NCBI GenBank assembly: GCA_001661245.1
Contig: KV454011.1
Span: 1,652,041-1,716,040, forward strand
Source: Pachysolen tannophilus NRRL Y-2460
Taxonomy: Eukaryota
DNA: 64,000 nucleotides
Direction of reading: 5' to 3'
Part shown: piece by piece, positions 55,830 to 64,000 of the stretch
Position numbering within the stretch: position 1 is the first letter of the stretch
Layout: each line of letters begins with the position of its first letter
Translations under genes and position numbers: made by a program
Notes under the pieces: model-generated
What the model saw: only the letters and a program-made list of their open reading frames with translations
The model's database searches: none
What the model was told of the DNA's origin: nothing

Positions 55830-57971
55830 ATGACGAGTATAAGGAGACAGCCGTCTTCTCGGTTTGAGTTTGTACTTTCAAATGATTCTTCGTCGGCGGT
55901 TTCTCCTGCGATTAGTTATTCTACAAGTCCTCGGAATAGTGGTTCATTGTTGAATTCGTATAATAATAGTTTTAATAATTTATCAACGTTAGCAACAAGT
56001 ACTATAAGTATTCCTGGACAAACTTCATCATCGATTGAGCCATCTGGGTTTATAGGATCAGAATTAAATAATAAATTAATAATTGTTATGGTTGGTTTAC
56101 CTGCTAGAGGTAAATCATATATTACTAAAAAACTTCAAAGATATTTAAATTGGTTACAATATGATACAAAAATTTTTAATGTTGGTAATGTAAGAAGATT
56201 GAAAAATGGGAAACCAAGTAATGTACCAATTCAAGGTCCAGTACCACATCATGAAAAACATGATTCAACTTTTTTCGATCCTGCGAATTCTAATGGATTT
56301 CAAAAAAGAGAAAAATGGGCAATGGAAACTTTAGATCAATTGTTGGATTATTTATTAAATACAAATGGTTCAGTTGGTATATTTGATGCAACAAATACAA
56401 CAAGATTAAGAAGAAAATGGATAATAGAAAGAATTAATGAAAGAACTCAAGGTTCAATTAATGTTTTATTTTTAGAAAGTATATGTACAAATACAGAAAT
56501 TATTGAAAAAAATATAAGATTAAAACTTTCAGGACCTGATTATAAAGATATGAATCCACAAGAAGCATTAAATGATTTCCGTAAAAGATTGGAAAATTAT
56601 GAAAAAGCATATGAAACTATTGGAGATGAAGAAGAAGAAGAAAATGAAAAACTTGATATACAATTTTGTAAAATTATTAATGCTGGGAAAAAAATTTCTT
56701 CTTATAATATTAGTGGATTTTTATCATCACAAACAGTTTTTTTTTTATTAAATTTTAATCTTGCTGAAAGACAAATTTTTTTAACAACTAATGGTGAAAG
56801 CGAATATAATGTAAGAAAAAGAATTGGTGGAGATTCTAGTTTATCTGAAAAGGGTATTAATTTTGCAAAAGCATTACCTAAATTTGTTTCTCAAAAAAGA
56901 CAAGAATTTAAATTAAATCAATTAAATAAACAATTTATTAATAAAAATGATCATCTTCATCTTGATCCTAATAATTTATCAACAAATTCTCAAAAAAATC
57001 ATACAGTTAGTGATACTTTTAATATATGGACTTCAATGTTAACAAGATCAATAGAAACTGCACAATTTTTCTCTGATGAACAATATCAGAAAAAATCATT
57101 AAGAATGTTAAATGATTTAAGTCGTGGTAGTCTTGATGGTATTAAAAGTGAAGAATTTAAATCACATTTCCCACTGTATTTCGAAAGTAGACAACGAGAA
57201 AAAATTAGTTATCGTTATCCAGGATTAGGAGGAGAGTCTATATTAGACGTTATTAACAGGTTAAGACCAATCATCATTGAATTGGAAAGATTAAAAGATA
57301 ACTGCTTGATCATATCACATCGTGTTATAACAAGAGTATTACTTGCATATTTTATGAATTTATCTAAAGAAATGCTTACAGATTTAGAAGTTAAACATGG
57401 TGTTGTTTATTGTATTGAGCCTAAAGCTTATGGTTTGGATTTGACAATTTGGGAATACGATGAAACACTGGATGATTTTTATGAAGTTGATCAAATAGAA
57501 TTTATGAAAAAGAGAAGAGATAGTATTAGTAATTATTTATCTTCAGATTTAATAGTTAATGCAAGATTTAATGGTTTGGAGAATTTAGGATTATCAAATG
57601 AGGAAAAAACTGCGGTAAATACCAACATCAATGGTAATAATGATGAAAAACTTGGTTTTATTTATGATAATATCAACAATGATAAGAAATCTACCTTGTG
57701 TGATGAAGTTGATAGTGATGCGTGTGTTTCTGAGGATGATGATGATGATGATGCAACAAATAGTACCGATGAATCATCAGGAGAAGACTACGATTCACAT
57801 GGTCATAATACCATTCAATCAATTAGTAAACTTAATTCTAATTTTAAGGAATTTATTTTAAACAACGGATGTGGTGATGAAAAGGAGAAAAAAGGAAATG
57901 GAAATGGAAATGGAAATGCTACAGTCAACACTGAACATTTGATTAAAAGTTTGAGTAGATTGGGTTGTTAA
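55830..57971 (+). CDS. PFK26: 6-phosphofructo-2-kinase, Pfk26-like, with degenerate bisphosphatase domain
   Basis: MVGLPARGKS P-loop, FNVGNVRR, FDATNTT, FLESIC, RYPGLGGES; RHG motif replaced by TNG. Confidence 0.8.
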   Translation: MTSIRRQPSSRFEFVLSNDSSSAVSPAISYSTSPRNSGSLLNSYNNSFNNLSTLATSTISIPGQTSSSIEPSGFIGSELNNKLIIVMVGLPARGKSYITKKLQRYLNWLQYDTKIFNVGNVRRLKNGKPSNVPIQGPVPHHEKHDSTFFDPANSNGFQKREKWAMETLDQLLDYLLNTNGSVGIFDATNTTRLRRKWIIERINERTQGSINVLFLESICTNTEIIEKNIRLKLSGPDYKDMNPQEALNDFRKRLENYEKAYETIGDEEEEENEKLDIQFCKIINAGKKISSYNISGFLSSQTVFFLLNFNLAERQIFLTTNGESEYNVRKRIGGDSSLSEKGINFAKALPKFVSQKRQEFKLNQLNKQFINKNDHLHLDPNNLSTNSQKNHTVSDTFNIWTSMLTRSIETAQFFSDEQYQKKSLRMLNDLSRGSLDGIKSEEFKSHFPLYFESRQREKISYRYPGLGGESILDVINRLRPIIIELERLKDNCLIISHRVITRVLLAYFMNLSKEMLTDLEVKHGVVYCIEPKAYGLDLTIWEYDETLDDFYEVDQIEFMKKRRDSISNYLSSDLIVNARFNGLENLGLSNEEKTAVNTNINGNNDEKLGFIYDNINNDKKSTLCDEVDSDACVSEDDDDDDATNSTDESSGEDYDSHGHNTIQSISKLNSNFKEFILNNGCGDEKEKKGNGNGNGNATVNTEHLIKSLSRLGC

Positions 57972-58555
57972 AAATTAGTTTTAGGGTTTTATTATTTTTT
58001 AGGTTTTTCGATTTTATATATTAATTTATTAGGTATACCATTAATACCATTGAATCATATATATATATATATATATATATATAAATTTCTTGTAGATAGA
58101 TAAATATCTGAGTAAAAAAATATCATATGCTAATAGCCAAAGAGAAAAACAAAAAAAAAAAAAAAAACTCAACAAACTTTCGGTATTAACGCTCTTTATA
58201 ATAACTAGTAGTAAGATGATACCTTGAATTATGAAACATTTTTTATTTCAGATCATCCATTAGTCATTCATCTATCAAAATATATTAATTTGCTTTTTTC
58301 ATTGTTTTTATTAGCAACTAAAGAAAAAAAACCAAAAAAAAAAAAAAAAAATCTAGAAAATAAGAAAAACGGTATTTTTTTTGGCGATGGCAATTTAAAG
58401 AAATTTTGGCCTTTAATAATAAATAAAATATACAGACATAAATAGATATTACAGTAAATATACAGTCAAATAATATTTATATAAAGCGATTGGACGATTT
58501 AGGACAATTGATATTTAATCATATTCGATTTTATAATTTGATTGGGGAAATTTAA

Positions 58556-59452
58556 ATGTCTGTTCGCCAAGTAAGATCGAGACTGAATAAAACTGGAGAG
58601 GAATCTTATAGAGCTGTTTCAGCAAACGAAAAAATTTCCATGTCAGCTAAAATGTCATCATCTTCTGCAGTTGAATCAGATAGTGAATCTATCAGTCATA
58701 ATTCGATCAATCTGGGTGGTGAAGGTATTAAACCTCCAATTAGAAGAAGATCTTCGTTGTTTTCATTATCTTCACAGGAACCTCTTCCTGTCCCAGACGA
58801 GAAAGATTACTTGGCGTTTAGAAAAGATGAAAGACATTTTTCTCTTATAAGGAACTTACATATGGCAGATTTTATTACATTACTCAATGGTTTTAGTGGA
58901 TTTTATTCCATAGTGTCATGTTTGAGATTTACTTTAACTTCAAGTCCTCATTACGTTCAAAGAGCTCTTTTTTTCATTGCTTTAGGTATGCTTTTTGATT
59001 TTTTTGATGGAAAAGTGGCTAGATTAAGGAATAAAGCTTCATTAATTGGTCAGGAATTGGATTCATTAGCTGATTTAATATCATTTGGAGTTGCTCCTGC
59101 TTCCATTGCATTCGCAATTGGCCTTCAAACTACATTAGATGTATTAATATTGAGTTATATGGTGTTGTGCGGTTTAACAAGACTTGCAAGATTTAATGTT
59201 ACCGTTGCATCGTTGCCAAAGGATGAGAAGGGAAAATCTAAATTTTTTGAAGGATTACCAATTCCAACAACTTTATGGTTAGTTTGTCTTATGGCATTTT
59301 GGGTTACCAAAGGTTGGTATGCCGCAGAATTGGGAGTTGTGGGCGGTATTTGGTGGGAAAATACTTTCTTTGAATTTCATCCAATATCAACAATTTTTTT
59401 CGTGCAAGGATGCGGTATGATTAGTAAGAGTTTACATGTTCCAAAACCATAA
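58556..59452 (+). CDS. CHO1: Phosphatidylserine synthase
   Basis: HFSLIRNLHMADFITLLNG, CDP-alcohol phosphotransferase motif DGKVARLRN..S..GQELDSLAD, FEGLPIPT. Confidence 0.96.
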   Translation: MSVRQVRSRLNKTGEESYRAVSANEKISMSAKMSSSSAVESDSESISHNSINLGGEGIKPPIRRRSSLFSLSSQEPLPVPDEKDYLAFRKDERHFSLIRNLHMADFITLLNGFSGFYSIVSCLRFTLTSSPHYVQRALFFIALGMLFDFFDGKVARLRNKASLIGQELDSLADLISFGVAPASIAFAIGLQTTLDVLILSYMVLCGLTRLARFNVTVASLPKDEKGKSKFFEGLPIPTTLWLVCLMAFWVTKGWYAAELGVVGGIWWENTFFEFHPISTIFFVQGCGMISKSLHVPKP

Positions 59453-61199
59453 TTATTGTACAATTGACTAGGTCTATGGATAGGATTTTTTTTTTTTTTT
59501 GCAGAATCCATTACTTTTTTTCTTGCCCAAACTTTCTTGTTTCAAAAATATAGAAAAAAGCTATTTATTATTGATGTGTTTATCATTTGATGAATACTAC
59601 ATTTCTAGCAACTGCTATTTTTTATATTATAGTATATACTGATTGTTTTCAAAGAAGAAAAAAAAAAAAAAAAAAAAAAAAAAAGCGAGAGAGCTTTCAA
59701 ATTTTACCCTAAAAACTATTTCTTATACTGGAATGTTTATGATGTTTATTTTCAAATTAAAATAAAACAACTTTTTATGTAAATAGTATTGTATTTGTTT
59801 CTTTTCACTGAAAAACGAGAACTATAGTTCTTTGTAGAAATCGTAATTGTGGTTTTCATTTATTTCATTTTAGCATTACTAGCAAAAGATCTTGAAAATC
59901 AACATGACCACAATAAGATTCTACAAAAACCTAAACTTCCTCAAAGTATTCTAAAAAAAAGATTTCTTCCTGTTTCAAAAACCGCTTGTAGAAAAAAACA
60001 AAGAACCTATGGTTTTATAAGAATCTTCCTTGAAGAAACAGCGCTAGGAGCACTATAACATGAAAAAAGCCCAAAAATCAATCTCTTTTTCCTAAATCAA
60101 CATACATAGCACTGGATTCCTCTGTTAAAATGGTGAAAACGATTACTGAAACTTTTGAGTTCTCAAAATTATAATGTATGTATCTTTTTCAAACTACTCG
60201 GTGAATCATGCTCTCTCAGTTAAATATCTGATTTTGAAGAGCTAGAACTAACATTAAAAGTAATGAAATTGATCTATTGAATGGAAAAAACATAATTCTG
60301 TTGCTTACTATTACTAAGTCCAAATCAATATTGCTTGGATCAAATTTTTCAGATAATGCTTCACAGCTAAACAATCGTAAAATATTTTACAAACTACCAT
60401 TTCAAAAAGGAAAAATAGATCTTGTTACTGATTCCATTTTACATGGAAATTTTATTCCCCCTTTCTCTATTAAAATAAGGTTTCAAATCATTCAGGACTT
60501 GATTGCAGTTCTTTTTTTTTTTTTTCTTCGATATCAGATTCTTTGCAATATTATTAGATTAATCTCTAAAAGTCATGCAGAGTTAATCATAGGAAACGTT
60601 GGAAGAGCCTCTCCTGTAGTCTGCTTTATCAAAAACAGCTTACATTTTACCAACTTTTTAGAGGGAGTTTATTAAATACAATTTTTCAAAAAAAATTTTC
60701 TCTTGTTTTCAAAATCAAATCAGAAAGACAATTACTACTATATAATTCACTTTACCATTACAAATGAAGATTTTAGTCCACAAAATTTTCAGGAAATTTA
60801 CGTTCGAATACTAAAAAAAAATAGCTCGCTAATCTAATTTAAATCGTGGTAAAACTATTATAATAGAAATATATTTTAAGATCTTGAATCTAAGTCTAAA
60901 CTAAGCATCATTATCCGTGCAGAGACAATTTTAGTTAGTTCGTTATTGTTAGATTATTTTTAATTTTGAATCAAGATAGGAAAGTGTTATTTGTCTTATA
61001 AACTATAGGTAAGTTGTAATATTAGAAAGCAATACTTTTGGAAAAACGTGCAAAATTCCAAGCAAATACAGGCTTGTAATTTTTCTTTGAGCCCAACAAT
61101 ATAATTTTAGAAAATACGATCTGATCTCTTAAATATTATATTGGGAAGCATCAAATAAATTGATACCAAATCTTTTTGGGAACTCATCAGAAAGTGTCT

Positions 61200-61519
61200 T
61201 GCTGGTTTTCTGAATCAGTATTTATGCACAACTTGCATGCGGCTCCAAAATAATTTCCTTTTATGGAAAAGATCAGCCTCTAAATGCATGAGCACAAAGA
61301 GTACCATGATAGCTTGTAAGCGTTTTTTGCATATAAAAAACTTAAAAATTAGCCGAGGCTGGTTTAACAGTACCGAATACAAATGGAATGCTATCAATAA
61401 AGTACAATGATTTGATACTTTGAATCAGATCAAAAGCCAGCACTGAATTATAGTTTTTTCAGCTGTTGAGAATCAATTCTTGAAAGCGATTTTTCAAAAT
61501 ATTAGATCAAGATCCAGCA
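61200..61519. promoter_or_regulatory. Cluster of four Ace2/Swi5-type CCAGC sites upstream of the chitinase
   Basis: GCTGGT at 61201 and 61358, GCCAGC at 61436, TCCAGC at 61513. CTS1 is an established Ace2 target in S. cerevisiae. Confidence 0.6.
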
Positions 61520-61766
61520 AAGCACTAAGATCTAAGGTTTGATCTAATAGTATAAATAAGTCAAAATTTCCACTTATTAATTTTTGATCTAACGTTTAGT
61601 TTAAAAACTTTAGCAATTTCGATGTGTTAAGAATCCAGGACAACAACAAGCTTAGTGCACATCACTAAACAAAGTTCTGACATTCGTTTTAAATCGATCA
61701 CATATATATATATTTTTTTGTTAAACTAGGGGAGATTACTTATTGTTTTTTTTAAATATAATAAAA

Positions 61767-63560
61767 ATGTATTCAAAATTAATAAAACTCATAGCAGGTG
61801 CCTTATTCACATCAAAAATTGCAGGAGCTTTCAATGCTACATCAAATGAAAATGTTGTTTTATATTGGGGTCAAAATTCAGCTGGGTCGCAACAAGATTT
61901 AGCTTATTATTGTGAAAGTGATTCAGTAGATATCGTGGTTTTAGCTTTCATGACAGAGTTCCCAGGTACTGACGATGTACCAACCTTGAATTTTGCTTCT
62001 GCTTGCTCAGATACTTTCAGTGATGGTCTATTGGATTGTACCCAAATTGCTTCTGATATCGAGACATGCCAATCTCTTGGAAAAAAAGTCTTATTATCTT
62101 TGGGTGGTGAAGCTGGGTCATACGGTTTTAGCTCAGACTCTGAAGCTGAAACATTTGCTGATACCTTATGGAACATGTTTGGGGAAGGATCAGCAGATGA
62201 AAGACCATTTGGAACTTCAGTTGTCGATGGTTTTGATTTTGATATTGAAAACAATAACCAAACAGGTTACGTTGCTTTGGCCAATAAATTGAGAACTTAT
62301 TATTCTACTGGATCAAAAGACTATTACATTTCTGCTGCTCCACAATGTGTTTATCCAGACGCCAGTGTTGGTGACCTTCTTAGTGGAGCTGATGTCGATT
62401 TTGCTTTCATTCAATTCTACAATAATGACTGTGATTTAGATAAGGCTGATTACAACTGGGACACTTGGGCCAACTATGCTTCCACTGTTTCACCAAATTC
62501 AGATATAAAGCTTTTCGTTGGTTTACCAGCTTCTTCAAGTGCAGCAACAACTGGTTATATCTCAGATCTTGACACTATAAAAGAAAAGATTGAGGCTATT
62601 GGCTCAAATTCAAACTTTGGTGGTATTATGCTTTGGGATGCGTCTCAAGGTTTTGCAAATGAAATTTCAAGTGGAGAAAACTATGTTGAAGCTATGAAAT
62701 CAATTTTAACGGACGTTTATGGAGCAAGCAGTACTGCTTCATCTACAAGTTCTTCATCAACAGCTTCATCTACCAGTTCTTCATCATCAGCTTCATCATC
62801 GGCTTCATCAACATCGACTACTCTTCAAGCAGCTGTTACCACACAAAGTTCATCTTCATCTTCCTCTTCTTCCTCAGCATTAAATACATTCTCATCATCT
62901 AGCGAGGAAAGTACCTTTGTTCCAACAACTTTTTCAACTTTGACCTCAAGTGCTGAAAGTACACAAAGCCCTTCGACATTGACAACTCAAAGTCCAAATG
63001 CCCCATTTGCCCAAACTTCAACTGAATCCAGTATTATTTCAAACAGCACAGCAAGCTTTAGCTTTCCTAATCTTCCTAATACTGTCCCAACTTTCAACCC
63101 AAACGCAGATAAATCAGAAACCGCTCCTGGGCCAAATTTCACAGATGCCCCATCTTCATCATCCACTACAGAAGCTAATACAGCACCTAATACAGTAGCT
63201 ACTACATTGGCTACTACATTAGCCACTACATTGGCAACAACTTCAACATCTTCGGCTACCTCTTCTGCTAGTTCTTCAACTGCCTCTGGATACACCGACT
63301 GCTCATCACTTTCTGGTGCGAAAGAAGCTAAATGTATGAATAGCAATTTCAAAAAAGGCTTATTCTTAGGATCAGCAGACTCATGTGAAGAAGGACAATA
63401 TGCTTGTTCAGCTAGTGGACAAATTGCTCAATGTAACTGGGGAAAATGGGCGTTAACTACATGTGCTTCTGGAACTACTTGTTATGCATTTTCTTCTTCT
63501 GAACTAGTTGTCATTGGATGCAATTATTCATATGAAGAGAGTCAATATGAAAAGAAATGA
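61767..63560 (+). CDS. CTS1: Secreted GH18 class III endochitinase with S/T-rich linker and Cys-rich chitin-binding (CBM19-like) tail
   Basis: Signal peptide from ATG 61767, YWGQNS, LLSLGG, catalytic DGFDFDIE, SAAPQC.YPD, FIQFYNN, GIMLWD; C-terminal C.EGQYACS...C.WGKW...C..GTTC. Confidence 0.93.
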   Translation: MYSKLIKLIAGALFTSKIAGAFNATSNENVVLYWGQNSAGSQQDLAYYCESDSVDIVVLAFMTEFPGTDDVPTLNFASACSDTFSDGLLDCTQIASDIETCQSLGKKVLLSLGGEAGSYGFSSDSEAETFADTLWNMFGEGSADERPFGTSVVDGFDFDIENNNQTGYVALANKLRTYYSTGSKDYYISAAPQCVYPDASVGDLLSGADVDFAFIQFYNNDCDLDKADYNWDTWANYASTVSPNSDIKLFVGLPASSSAATTGYISDLDTIKEKIEAIGSNSNFGGIMLWDASQGFANEISSGENYVEAMKSILTDVYGASSTASSTSSSSTASSTSSSSSASSSASSTSTTLQAAVTTQSSSSSSSSSSALNTFSSSSEESTFVPTTFSTLTSSAESTQSPSTLTTQSPNAPFAQTSTESSIISNSTASFSFPNLPNTVPTFNPNADKSETAPGPNFTDAPSSSSTTEANTAPNTVATTLATTLATTLATTSTSSATSSASSSTASGYTDCSSLSGAKEAKCMNSNFKKGLFLGSADSCEEGQYACSASGQIAQCNWGKWALTTCASGTTCYAFSSSELVVIGCNYSYEESQYEKK

Positions 63561-64000
63561 ACTGTTATTGGGAGACCGTTTAGTTCAAATTAGTTGGTAT
63601 TTTTGGTGTTTGTACTTTTATTTCTATTATTATGTTAATTCGGTTTTTGTCTTATATTATTATTATATTATGTTTATGTTTATGTTTGTTTAATTAATTA
63701 TTGTTACAATAAAAATTGTTTTTAATTTTCCTTTTGTAAAATGTAATTAATTCTATTGTATAAATATGGGTGTACGTATATAGAATACTATATATGAGCA
63801 TTCCAATCAGGATACAAGAAATATGAATAAATTCTTGATCTAATCTCAATTGTTTCACTTTCTTCTTCAAAAATAGGTTTCCAACGAACCAAATCATTTT
63901 TTTCTACTCTAAATCCAAACTCTTTAGCCTTTTCGAAAAAATCCAAATCTGCGTGAATCAATTTTGGTCTGTGTGGTGAAAAGACAACAAAACAACAACC

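Noticed and set aside
59849..60675. Short ORFs in the long CHO1-CTS1 intergenic region; possible pseudogene or LTR remnant
   Set aside because: Non-ATG starts, no recognisable motif, and no TG...CA bounded repeat or target-site duplication found.

Overview
AT-rich budding-yeast (Saccharomycotina) chromosomal DNA with about 28 protein-coding loci, one tRNA-Leu(CAA) gene and two assembly gaps. I found no transposon, rRNA or CRISPR. In-frame CTG codons mostly fit Ala rather than Leu, so the organism probably belongs to the CUG-Ala clade (Pachysolen tannophilus-like; inference), and the supplied ORF track mistranslates those codons. Gene order: MIC27-like, AVT4, COX20, OCA1, OST2 (duplicated across a gap, probably an artefact), an uncharacterised gene with a decayed 3' end, ATP12, ZIP2-like, a Myb protein, MSO1, GH3 beta-glucosidase, IMO32, ADE16/17, RPL15, HPD, a small S/T-rich protein, RPL22 (intron), MIL1, FRS1, VPS38 (intron), LST7, tRNA-Leu, REG1, GCD6, a short kinesin-3, UBX2, PFK26-like, CHO1, CTS1. 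The main observation is that REG1 is split by an inversion of about 495 bp (47124-47618). Its conserved N-terminus now lies on the opposite strand. Flipping the segment back, with no base gained or lost, restores one 1021-aa ORF and a 9-bp inverted repeat at the two breakpoints. In the assembled orientation a newly juxtaposed in-frame ATG gives a Reg1 lacking the 14-3-3 site. All homology calls are from recalled protein motifs, not database searches.
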